From assembly GCA_040380025.1 (NCBI GenBank), contig JBEIJY010000027.1:1-38383 (forward strand): a DNA stretch of 38,383 nt. The letters are read 5' to 3'. The notes under the pieces are model-generated. The model had not been told where the DNA came from, ran no database searches, and saw only the letters and a list, made by a program, of their open reading frames with translations. Positions 9,495 to 19,300 of the stretch are shown here, piece after piece (the stretch's first letter is position 1; each line of letters begins with the position of its first letter). Position numbers and translations under genes: made by a program. The DNA is from Bdellovibrionales bacterium. GTDB lineage: Bacteria > Bdellovibrionota > UBA1018 > CAIMNF01.

Positions 9495-12400
9495 TCAAAC
9501 TCCGAGCAGGTATTCGAAGTCCTTCTGCGAAAGGGAGAGCGTGCCTCCGGGCGCGATTTCTTGCGCGGTCTCGACATCCGAGAACAAGGCATTGAACTGC
9601 GAGGACTTCCGGCTCTTCAACACCTCGATTTTTTCTTCGACCGATTCGCTCATGATGTAGCGATACACTTGCACGGGCTTGGTCTGACCGATCCGGTGGG
9701 TCCGGTCGGTGGCCTGGTTCTCGACCGCAGGGTTCCACCAGGGCTCGAGGTGGAAGACATAGCTTGCCTTGGTCAGGTTCAAGCCGACCCCGCCGGTCTT
9801 CAGGGTCATCAGCATCACTCCGCCGCCCGAATGCTCCTGGAAGGCGCGAAGCTGGGTCTCGCGGTCTTTCCGGGCGATCTTGCCGTGGAGGCCGAAGAAG
9901 GGAATGCCCGCTTTTTTCATCTCGGAGGCCAAAAGATCGAAGGTGCCCAAAAACTGGGTGAACACGAGCGCACTTTCGCCCGATTCGATGATGGATTTCA
10001 GGTTGTCGATCAGGAGCGACAGCTTGGGCGGGGTCTCGGTGTACTGGATGTTCGGCACCGAACTCGGAGCAGAGCACACCTGACGAAGGCGCAAGAGCGC
10101 GGTCAGCATGATGAGCTGGCTCTTCGACTCGCCTTCCTCGTGAATCGCTTTTCGCACCTTCGAGTTCCACGAAAGCGCGATATCGCGATAGATCGCAAGC
10201 TGGCGGTCCGAGAACGGAATCTTCACGGTGCTCTCGGTCTTTTGCGGCAATTCCCGCAGAATCGCGCTCTTCGTCCGGCGCAGGACCAGGGGTCTTGTTT
10301 TGTACTTCAGGTATTGCACCCGCTCGGGATCGGGGCTGTAGGACTGCATGTAGGTCTTGCGGAACTGATCAAACACGCCGAGCGATCCCGGCACAACCAG
10401 GTCCATGAGCGAGAAGAACTCGCCCATGTGGTTCTCGAGCGGCGTCCCGGTCAGGCAAAGCTTGAAGCGCGCAGGAAGCTTTCGTGATACGGTCGTTCGT
10501 TTTGCGGTGATGGTCTTCAGGTTCTGGGCTTCGTCGTAAACATGGATGGTCCAGCGGTGCTCGTTGAAGAACGCCTCATGCTCGGCCAGCAATCCGTAGG
10601 TGGTGATGATCATTCCCTGCGGGTTGGCCGCGAGGAATTCGCGCGCTTTTGCGATCTCCCGCGAATGAAAAATATGCACGGGCAGATCGGGAGTGAACCG
10701 CTCGCTCTCGCTCATCCAGTTGTAGGTGAGCGAGGTCGGCACCACGATGAGCCCGTGTCCGAGCTCGCCCCGCATCCGGAGCATTTCGATGAAAACAAGG
10801 GTTTGCACGGTTTTACCGAGCCCCATGTCATCGGCCAGGATTCCTCCGAGACCGAGACGGAAGAGGTCGTGGATCCATTGCACCCCGCGGAGTTGATACG
10901 GTTTCAGCTCTCCGTGGAATCCGGCGGGGATCTCGAGCGGGGGCCGCTCCGAATCGAGGGAATCGTAAAAGCGCACGATCTCGTCCCAGATCGGGCCGCC
11001 GCGGACGCGGACGCCGCTCGAGCGCATTGCCAACAGCTCGAGGGTGTAGTGTTTCGGGAGGCGGTAAATCCGATCGGATTTCTTGTTTCCGCGCTTCGGA
11101 CCGAGTGCGTTCGAGATCTCATCCCAAAAGCGCGAGAGCTTCTCGAGCGACGGAATCGAACCGCTGTTCAAGCGGTAGATCTTTCCCTGAAAGGTGATCA
11201 TGCCGGTCTCGGAGAGTTTTTTCGCTTGCGACTCGTCGATCTCGACTCCCTTGAAGAAGAACTTCGGATGGAGCTCGAACCAATCGATCTTGCCGTGGCT
11301 GTCGGTGGTCTCGTGGAGCAGGAACTCCGAGACGAAGTCCTCGTCGTTCAGTTCCTCGATCGCCTGCCCGTCGAGCGAAAGGGCGACCCCGTCGTTCTGA
11401 AGCGGCAAAAAGCCGCGAATGAGCGTTTCGGCCGAGTTATCGCGTTTCAGGAACACGTACCGGTTCGCAGAGCTCCGCGAGGACTCGGGAGAGTCGAAGA
11501 ACTGGATGTCCTTCAGTTCCTCAGGATTTTCGAAGGCCGGATTCTGGATCACTCCGTCTTTGGTCTTTAGCAGGATCGCGCCCTGGGTCTGGTTCTGCAG
11601 CACGGAGATCCAAGAGTAGAGAAACCTCATGAAAAACGCGAAGACCCCCGAGACAAGCACGTTTCGTCCCGGCATGGCGAGCGGGAAGAGTCGCTCGCGG
11701 TAAAGGACTTCGAGCTCTTTCACGTAGGACTCGAGGTATTCGATCACGGGGCGGGAGCAAAAGGTCTCGAGCGCCAGATGTGGCGAATGCGGCGCTCCTT
11801 CGAGCTTGTTCAGGAGCGTGGCGATCCGGTTCTTCAGTTGACCGAAAAACTCATCAAAGGGGCGGTCGCGCTTCAGGAGGTGGCGGACGGTCTCCTGCTG
11901 GACCAGCGCCGCGATTCCGATGTGACGGAGCACTCGCAGGTCGTTCGGACGTTTTGCCTGTTTCTTGGCCTGAAACAGCTCTTCGCTCAAACGTTCGTCC
12001 CACGCGCGGATTCCTTGGGCCAAAATCTGGATCTGTCTCAGGATCGGTCCCGGAATCCCGTCGATCGATCCGAACTCGAATCCGAGCTCCACCGAGAATG
12101 TTCCATTTGAGAACACGCGAATGTGCGGAGTGAAGGATTCGCTCTTCAGGAACTCGAACGGAGGAGTCGAGTGGATCTCGTTCATGCTCGCATGAAAGTC
12201 ATCCTGGAGCCGGTGAAACAGGGTTTCGAATTGAGTGTGCCGTTCGCACACGACCGAGGGGGGATAGTCCCCGAGCCAGTGATGGTACGGATGAAAGAGG
12301 ATGGAGCCCGAATCCGGCCGGATTGCGAAGGTCTCAAACCAGCTCCAGTGATGTTCCAGCTCGAGAGCGATCTCGGAGCGGATTCTCCGGTCCTCGCTCA

Positions 12401-13484
12401 AGGCTCCCGAAACGCGGAACCCCGACTTCGTTCCCGCAGCCTGTTCGAAGTGGATCTCGCGGACGGGCATCGCGGACTGGCCCTCGCGCCAGGCGCGCGG
12501 AAACGTGAGATAAACCTTGAGCTTTTCGCGGGCGAGGTGCCGGGATGCCGCAAGGACGACCGAAAGAAGAATGGCGTCCAGGCGCTCCTCGGCTTTGCGG
12601 TCGAAGATCGGGATGTCTTTTGCCGGAGGAAAAAACCGGTGTCGTTTGGCCGATTCCCGCTGATCCGTCAGGTTCGAGGCGAGGGGCAGAAGCTCGGTCG
12701 GAACGAGCTGGCTGTTCTTATGAAAAAGAATCTCGGAAACCGGAATCCTCGTGCCATCCGAGAACACATACAGAATCGAGTGCCTTCGGGCCATCTCGTG
12801 CTCATTCTGGAACGTGGAGAGGGTGCCGCGGAAGGAGATCGGAGAACGCCAGAGAGGGTGGGGAAGCTCGGTTTCGCGGTAAAACGGAATCGCAATGTCG
12901 GGCAGGAGATAGGCTTCGTGCGAGCGGGTGGCGGTGAGACTTACCGGAAACGAAGTCTCTGCCGATGCAGTTCGAATCGGTTTTTCGGGAAACTGCAGCA
13001 CCAGGCCCTCGAACTCGGCGCCCGTCGAAGGGTGCGAGACATATCCGGAATCGCGATGAAGAATTGAATCCACAACGGGCGCGGAGCCGGATTTCAGGTT
13101 CTGGATGTCGGGCTGGAATTTGCGGATCTGCTCGTAAATCGGCTCCTCCACGCGGGTCAGGTCGAATTTTTTCGATGCCAACACGGCGAGCACCCAGGTC
13201 GCGCAGGCCTGATGTTTGCAAAAAATTCCGTGCGAGGCCATCGAGCAATCGCAACCCGAATACAAAGGCTGGGAAGGAGTGGTCAGATCGACATGGGTGG
13301 AAGAAGGTTCGGCAAAAGAAAACTGGACTTTGAGTCCCTTGGTGCCGAGAGTGGCCACTTCGAGGCTTTGGAACCCGCCATCCCGAAGATACTGCAGGCC
13401 CCTCTCAAGCGCGGACGGATCCAGACCCTTTGATAACGCTGCGCTTCCATTGCGTTTCAGCTCCTGCAGAGAGGGGAGTTTCAT
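9495..13484 (-). CDS. SWIM zinc finger + SNF2-family ATPase/helicase
   Basis: N-terminal CDCSMASHGIFCKH (SWIM); LADDMGLGKT, DEAQ, LTGTPLEN, LRRTK, GGVGLNLT, WWNPAVENQATDRTHRIGQ. Confidence 0.95.
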   Translation of the reverse strand: MKLPSLQELKRNGSAALSKGLDPSALERGLQYLRDGGFQSLEVATLGTKGLKVQFSFAEPSSTHVDLTTPSQPLYSGCDCSMASHGIFCKHQACATWVLAVLASKKFDLTRVEEPIYEQIRKFQPDIQNLKSGSAPVVDSILHRDSGYVSHPSTGAEFEGLVLQFPEKPIRTASAETSFPVSLTATRSHEAYLLPDIAIPFYRETELPHPLWRSPISFRGTLSTFQNEHEMARRHSILYVFSDGTRIPVSEILFHKNSQLVPTELLPLASNLTDQRESAKRHRFFPPAKDIPIFDRKAEERLDAILLSVVLAASRHLAREKLKVYLTFPRAWREGQSAMPVREIHFEQAAGTKSGFRVSGALSEDRRIRSEIALELEHHWSWFETFAIRPDSGSILFHPYHHWLGDYPPSVVCERHTQFETLFHRLQDDFHASMNEIHSTPPFEFLKSESFTPHIRVFSNGTFSVELGFEFGSIDGIPGPILRQIQILAQGIRAWDERLSEELFQAKKQAKRPNDLRVLRHIGIAALVQQETVRHLLKRDRPFDEFFGQLKNRIATLLNKLEGAPHSPHLALETFCSRPVIEYLESYVKELEVLYRERLFPLAMPGRNVLVSGVFAFFMRFLYSWISVLQNQTQGAILLKTKDGVIQNPAFENPEELKDIQFFDSPESSRSSANRYVFLKRDNSAETLIRGFLPLQNDGVALSLDGQAIEELNDEDFVSEFLLHETTDSHGKIDWFELHPKFFFKGVEIDESQAKKLSETGMITFQGKIYRLNSGSIPSLEKLSRFWDEISNALGPKRGNKKSDRIYRLPKHYTLELLAMRSSGVRVRGGPIWDEIVRFYDSLDSERPPLEIPAGFHGELKPYQLRGVQWIHDLFRLGLGGILADDMGLGKTVQTLVFIEMLRMRGELGHGLIVVPTSLTYNWMSESERFTPDLPVHIFHSREIAKAREFLAANPQGMIITTYGLLAEHEAFFNEHRWTIHVYDEAQNLKTITAKRTTVSRKLPARFKLCLTGTPLENHMGEFFSLMDLVVPGSLGVFDQFRKTYMQSYSPDPERVQYLKYKTRPLVLRRTKSAILRELPQKTESTVKIPFSDRQLAIYRDIALSWNSKVRKAIHEEGESKSQLIMLTALLRLRQVCSAPSSVPNIQYTETPPKLSLLIDNLKSIIESGESALVFTQFLGTFDLLASEMKKAGIPFFGLHGKIARKDRETQLRAFQEHSGGGVMLMTLKTGGVGLNLTKASYVFHLEPWWNPAVENQATDRTHRIGQTKPVQVYRYIMSESVEEKIEVLKSRKSSQFNALFSDVETAQEIAPGGTLSLSQKDFEYLLGV

Positions 13485-13492
13485 TCGTGTTG

Positions 13493-13521
13493 ATTGTGAC
13501 CGATCGGGGATTGCAGTTCAA
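13493..13521 (-). promoter_or_regulatory. Putative sigma70 promoter for the SNF2 gene
   Basis: Minus strand TTGAAC-N17-CACAAT, 8 nt upstream of the ATG at 13484; no SD visible. Confidence 0.45.
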
Positions 13522-13562
13522 GACCTAATTTGTCATCGTAAAGAATGAAGGAGACTCCTGAA

Positions 13563-13868
13563 ATGATTGAAAATAGTCGACGTTTGTTCCTGAAAACCCT
13601 CGCTCTGGGTGCCGCATCGCTCGTTGTGGCTCCGGTACTCCGCATTCAAAGCGCCATTGCAGGTGCCTTGGTTTCGGCGGGTGATCCGCTGGTCAAGGCC
13701 CTAAAGTACGTACCGAAGGCACCGGATTCGAAAAAGAACTGCGCGTCCTGCCAGTTCTATTCGTCCGCTGATCCGAAGGCGAAACAAGGCATGTGCCAAT
13801 TGATCCCATCGGGCGAGGTGCTTGCGGCCGGGTACTGCAAATCGTATTCTCCCAAAGCCAAATCCTGA
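13563..13868 (+). CDS. High-potential iron-sulfur protein (HiPIP) with Tat signal peptide
   Basis: SRRLFLK twin-arginine motif plus hydrophobic stretch; ALKY, CASC, GMC, GYCKSY give four Cys in HiPIP spacing. SD AAGGAG 9 nt before ATG 13563 (alternative start 13545). Confidence 0.88.
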   Translation: MIENSRRLFLKTLALGAASLVVAPVLRIQSAIAGALVSAGDPLVKALKYVPKAPDSKKNCASCQFYSSADPKAKQGMCQLIPSGEVLAAGYCKSYSPKAKS

Positions 13869-13871
13869 TCG

Positions 13872-16331
13872 ATGTCTGAATTTCAGCACCGGGCGATTCG
13901 GGAGTGTGTCGAAGAGGCATCACCCGGATCGGCCCGGCGTTTGATTTCGATTTACCGCGAAAGCGAGTGGCGGACGATCCGTCTTGAGGTGATCCGTGCG
14001 CTCGGGCGATTCCGGGACCTCCGCTCGTTTCCGTTTCTGGTCGAGCTCGTCAAAAGGAACCGCGATCTTGCCGAGCAGGATCTCGCTTTGATCTCGCTTG
14101 CTCGCCAAAAGACGCGGGCCGCGAGATTTTTTTTGCTCTCGTATTACCGGCAGGTGCCCGAGACCTTGCGGCCCCGGGCCGCTTATGCCCTGGGAGTCGC
14201 AGGGGTTCGCGAAGCCGGAGACCTTCTGCTCCGGGATCTCATCGATCCCCGGTTCCGGCAGAATCCGGTGATGCTGAAGAATCTGGTTCTTGCCCTGGGA
14301 GAGCTCCGGGAGGCGCGGGCCCTTCCCGTCCTCCATGACCTGCTTGCCACGGATCTGGCGAGAGAACGCGATTTTTTACCGGCGTTTTTGTATGCGCTCG
14401 GAAATCTCGAGCGCGATCCCGCGCGAATCCGGCAACATGAATCGAAGTTTCTCGATGATTCCCTGCTCTGGCAGGCATATCAATCTGCGCTCTCGCAGAT
14501 CGAGGCCCGAGGCGCCGGGCCCGACAAAAAAACAGAAGACGGGACGGCGGATCTTGAGGTGCCCGAGGGAGCGGATCGGGACGGATTTTTGCTTTTTCTG
14601 CTCGATCTTGCCGGGAGGGGCGAACTCTTCCGGACGGCGGCGGATGCAGCACGGGTGCGCGCGGCGATTCCCGCAATCGAGTCCGATTCGGAACTGCGTC
14701 TTGCCTGGATCAATGCGTTTCTTCCGGTGGTGGATTTTCCGGCCGAGGCGAAGACCCTTTTGGTCTGCGGGGATCCCGCACTCGAAATCGGATTCTTGAA
14801 TCTCTGGAGCGAGCGCGCAATCGCAGAAGAAAACTCCCGGGTTCGAAGTGCGATGAGTTCCTTCTTGAAGCTTCCCTTGCGCGATGAAACCTGTTCGCGG
14901 CTCCTGCGCGCGTGTGTCGAAACCGGCGTCCGCGTGCCCGAAATCGAGGAGGGGGTTGCGATTCCCTTCCAATCCGCCGGACGAAGAAAAGCCTTGCTCT
15001 CCTACTGCACCCGATTCGCACATGAAGGTCTTCTGCCCTCGGTCTTTGCGCTTCCCAAGACGGAGTCTGAGGAACTTTCGCCCGCGATTTTGCGCTATTT
15101 GGATTCGCTCGCGCTTTCTGGAAAACTGCCGCGGGGATTCCAGAATCTCGAATCTTTTCTCGATCGCTCGTGGTCGGGTGGGCACGAGACCGGAGTCCTC
15201 CGGATTCTCCGTTCTCTGCCGTTTCCGTCCTTCGAGGCGCGGGTCGAATCCGCGATCCGGTCCGCCGATCATGCGATTGCTCTGCAGGCTGTGATCGCGG
15301 CGAAGGCGTTTCCTGCCTCAAGATTGATCAGCGAGGCGCTGGCGGATCGTTTGGAAGGAGCCCCTGAAGTGATTCGGGGGCGGGCCCTCGATTCGGTGTT
15401 GGCGCACAAGACCTTGACCGCAAAGCGGGCCGCAATGCGGTTTTTGCAAGAGCATTCCGTCGATGACTTTATCGTCGATAAGATTTTTCGAGATTTTGAT
15501 CCCGAAAGGACCGGTGGCGAGGAGTTTTTCCAGGCGGTGGCCTCCGTTCTCGAGGCGCATCCCGATCATCCGCAATGGGAAAAACTCTTGTCGCTCCGCG
15601 ACCGGCTCCGTCCGGCCGCAACCGCCGATGCGGCAGGGGAATCGCCCGAGATTTCCCGAAGACTCGATGAGCATCTTGAGGGCGTGATCTCGCGCTTCGC
15701 ATCGCTCGATCTTTCGGCGAAGCTCGCCCTTCGGGCGGCGGAACAGCCGTTCTTGGCCGGTGCCCCGGTCGGGCTCCCGGTCGACAACGCACCCACCGTG
15801 CTCGAGTACTGTAAAGCGCTCGATTTGATTCTCGACAAACAACTCGGGCAGAACCATTTGTTCCCGCGCCTCGATCGTGGTCTTCATGAATTCCAGGCGC
15901 TCTGGCAAAAGGTGGGGCTCGGAGAGGACTCCCCGCGATCCGAGCGGGTGATCGAACGCCTCGGCCTTCGCGGTCGCATCGAGCCCGAGAATTTTCCGCT
16001 CCACAAGGCGAAGCTCATGAGCGGGAATTTCTTCAACGGGAGGATTTTGCAGGATCGCTTCAAGATCTTTGACGGGCTCCGGGCCTGGGCCGTGATTTTC
16101 TTGTTTTTCACCCGAAGGATTCCTGATTCCCGCGGCCTCCGGGAACCCGTGCTGAAGCTTCCCGGCCTGACCGACACGAAGGCCCTCGAGATCTCCGTGC
16201 GCCTCATGCGTCTGCAGGATCTGCGCAATCCGGCGGCACACCGGCAAACCTATCCGCGCCTCGATGCGGTCCGCGCGATTCGTGATGATGCCGTGAGCCT
16301 GATCAATGCCATTCTCGATTCGGTGAGTTGA
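13872..16331 (+). CDS. HEAT/PBS-lyase repeat protein with C-terminal HEPN-like domain
   Basis: Repeats IRLEVIRALGRF, RPRAAYALG, LVLALGELREARALPVL, YALGNL, IRGRALDSV; C-terminal LEYCKALD...LRNPAAH. 819-aa ORF starting 3 nt after the HiPIP stop. Confidence 0.75.
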   Translation: MSEFQHRAIRECVEEASPGSARRLISIYRESEWRTIRLEVIRALGRFRDLRSFPFLVELVKRNRDLAEQDLALISLARQKTRAARFFLLSYYRQVPETLRPRAAYALGVAGVREAGDLLLRDLIDPRFRQNPVMLKNLVLALGELREARALPVLHDLLATDLARERDFLPAFLYALGNLERDPARIRQHESKFLDDSLLWQAYQSALSQIEARGAGPDKKTEDGTADLEVPEGADRDGFLLFLLDLAGRGELFRTAADAARVRAAIPAIESDSELRLAWINAFLPVVDFPAEAKTLLVCGDPALEIGFLNLWSERAIAEENSRVRSAMSSFLKLPLRDETCSRLLRACVETGVRVPEIEEGVAIPFQSAGRRKALLSYCTRFAHEGLLPSVFALPKTESEELSPAILRYLDSLALSGKLPRGFQNLESFLDRSWSGGHETGVLRILRSLPFPSFEARVESAIRSADHAIALQAVIAAKAFPASRLISEALADRLEGAPEVIRGRALDSVLAHKTLTAKRAAMRFLQEHSVDDFIVDKIFRDFDPERTGGEEFFQAVASVLEAHPDHPQWEKLLSLRDRLRPAATADAAGESPEISRRLDEHLEGVISRFASLDLSAKLALRAAEQPFLAGAPVGLPVDNAPTVLEYCKALDLILDKQLGQNHLFPRLDRGLHEFQALWQKVGLGEDSPRSERVIERLGLRGRIEPENFPLHKAKLMSGNFFNGRILQDRFKIFDGLRAWAVIFLFFTRRIPDSRGLREPVLKLPGLTDTKALEISVRLMRLQDLRNPAAHRQTYPRLDAVRAIRDDAVSLINAILDSVS

Positions 16332-16337
16332 ATCCCG

Positions 16338-19300
16338 CTAGAATTGCGATAAAAACGAGGAATACGAATCGAATCGAAAATAAAGATCGTTCGAGTCGAG
16401 GGTGCATCCTTGGGATTCCGCGAACTTCATGCCGAGCAGGCGCGGCGCGGAGTTCGAAGCCGATCGGTCCACGAACAGCACAGCCTGCCGCGTTCCGCAT
16501 CCTGGCGAGGGGTTCGAAACACCGATCATGCGTGCCGGATCAAAAAGCGGGCTCCAGAGCCCGCTTGCCGCGGCGAAGGACTGGATCTGGCTTCCGAGCA
16601 CCGCTCCCGAATAGGCTCGCGGATCACTGCCTGCGACCGCACGGATCCCGATCGATTTCATTACGCCCTCGCTCGAAAAGTCGAGTGGCTCCGATGAGGA
16701 ATCCACCGGAGCGGTCAGGAGCCGCAGGTCAAAGGCATTCGAGTTCCGCTCGCCGGTCACGAGTACCGCGATCGGGTCTCCGTCGGGGTGAAGAGTCACC
16801 GAGGCCGGAGTTCGCTCGATTCCGATCGTCGGGCTCGCGACCAATCCGTCGGTCTGGATGCCATTGTAGCGAATGCGAATGTCGGCTGCGTTCACCCCCG
16901 AAACACAATCGCGAGTCGTGACCACGAAGTTTCGTCCATCTCCGGCCCCCACAACCGCCCCTGCGCAGAGTCCCGCCGGCGAATCCACGGCCACAATCGG
17001 AATCAGGCCCTCGCCCGAGAGGGCGCGCGCGCGATTCTCAATCCACGAGACAACCGGGGCACTCGAGAGATCCAGAAGAAGCATCTTTCCGGGCACGGTT
17101 CTGCTCGCGAGCCCCGCGACTCCGAATCCGGTTCCGAACGAGGAGTTTTCTTGAAGCAGCACCGCGCCCCCGAAGTTCACGGCGTTTCTGGATGCGCCCG
17201 TCAGCTGGGTTTGCGCATCAAATGCCGAAAACAAGCCCGAGTCCCGCGCCCCGGTTCCGAGAAGGACGGCAGGAAGAAGCTTCGTGATCTCGGTGTAGGC
17301 GGTTCCTTCGGCAAACCCGAACAGCGTCGCGGTCTCGTCCGCACGAAGGGTTGATTTCTCGGACGGATATGCGATCGCATTCAGATTGGCAGTCGCTTGG
17401 GGCGAAATGCTCATCAGGGCCACATCCCATGCTCCGGTCGCCGCGTTGTACGATGGATGCCGGGTGATGCTCAACGCCGGGGTCTCGCCGAAATCGGGAT
17501 GAAGCACCGAGAGCGTGGACGCCCCGCCTTCGCCCGTGCAGTGGGCGGCAGTCGCGACCAAAAGAATGCCCTCGACCCGCAAAAGAACTCCGGTGCATCG
17601 AAGGTTTCCCGGTCCCATGACTTGCACGAGTGCCTTGGAGGCCGCGATGGTGGGATCCGGAACATCCACGGTGATCGAGGAAGTCGAAGCGGTGACTCCC
17701 GCGATCGTGACCTGCACGACGAACGAGCCCTCCGCGCGGAAGGTGATCGGAAGGCTTGCGGATCCCGCAGAAAGAACGGGAGAGGACGGAAGAGTTGCGG
17801 TTGCATCCGTGCTTTGGATTTCGATCGAATTTGTCGCGGAATCCAGGGCATTCTGGAACCCATCGTACACGATCACCGAGAGCGGGAATGAGACCTCGGG
17901 CAGAATGCTGGCGGGCGCACCCGAGAGCGTGATCACCGAGAGCGCGCCCGGGTCGACCCCGATCGAGAAGGTCGAATCCGGGAGGGTGCCGTCGCGGATG
18001 GTGAGCGTTTTTGTTCCTGCGGTTTTTAGAGTGAGATCAAACGATTTCAGTCCGCTTACCAGAGTTGAGCTTGCGGGAACCTCCGCACGGGAATCATCGG
18101 TTTCAAACTGAATCGTGCCGCTATATGAGGTCACGCGGTTGTTGTTCCGGTCCAACGCCTCCACCGAGAGCCGGATCACTGCCCCTGCTGTCGATCGCGC
18201 GGGCACTCCGGTGATTCCCAGGTGATCCGCCGGAGCCGCTCCGACCTCGATGGTTGCACCAGTGCCGAGGGCTGTCCCGCTCAGGGTCGCGCTGATCGCG
18301 GCGATTCCTTTTCTGACCCCGGTGAAGGAGGCCGAAAACACCCCGGTTCCCGTTTCGGAGATCGCACCGAAGGTTCCGCTGCCCCCGACGAGACTCGTCT
18401 GAAGCTCCAAGTCCGAGGCCGATACCGTGCCCGTGGGGACGGCGTTTCCGTACCGATCGCGGATCGTGATCGACACTAAGACCGATTCTCCCGAGGTTAC
18501 GGTATTCGAAGCCACGCTCACGAAACTCTGCGCCTGAGCGGGAACGTCCGGATTCACGGTGAGTGAGGCGTCTGGGGAGGTAACCCCTCCGCTTCGGGCC
18601 CGCATCGTGAAGCTTCCGCTCGCGGTCAGGTTCGCTGGAATTCCCACGGTTCCGTCACTGAAGCTTGAGGTCTGCGAAAACGTCCCGCTCGTTGACTCCA
18701 AGGTCACAGACGCACTCGAGCGGGATTGGTTCTGATACGCATCAAAGGCCGTGATGGTGAAGAGCACGGATTCCCCGGCGGTGGCGGTGGCCGAAGAGGG
18801 TGAAAGATCGAGTCGTGCGATCGGCCCCGGGTTCACCGTGAGGTCGATCGTGTTTCCGAATGCGCTTCCTCCGGTTCGGACGCTGACACTCGTGCTTCCG
18901 GCCGTGGTGCCCGTGAAAGAAACCTGCGCCACGCCGTTCACCGGTCCGCTCACTGCCCCGAAGGTGCCGGTTCCCGCAGTCGTACTCGCCAAAAACTCAA
19001 GAGCGCTTCCGGCGGGCACGCCTGTCGGATTCAGATTTCCGAAGCGGTCCTTCAGGGTCAGGGTCAGCAGCACCGGGCTTCCGGCCGAAACCGATTCCGA
19101 GGCACTCGTAAGCACGCTTTGAGCGCCAAAATAAGCTCCGGGTTTTACGGTCACATTCGAGGTGCTCGAAAAAGTGCCATCTTCTGCAGTGAGGGTTCGC
19201 GCTCCCGCGGTGCGGAGCGAGACCGTGAATTGACCGACGCCGAGAATCAACAGGCTTTGCGCCGGCAAAACCGCCTCGGAATCGCTCGAGGTGAACGACA

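Noticed and set aside
9483..13067. Long plus-strand ORFs (334, 342, 314 aa) opposite the SNF2 gene, and similar ones at 3981-5255, 22953-24128, 30166-31458 and 36684-37586
   Set aside because: Antisense shadows of well-supported genes, expected in GC-rich DNA with biased codon use; no recognisable motifs.
17230..17260. ARDSG as the catalytic GDSG motif of trypsin-like domain 1
   Set aside because: It falls too early relative to the GGAVL and VAGLAS strands; the canonical position aligns with VNFGG. It remains the main alternative to test by modelling.
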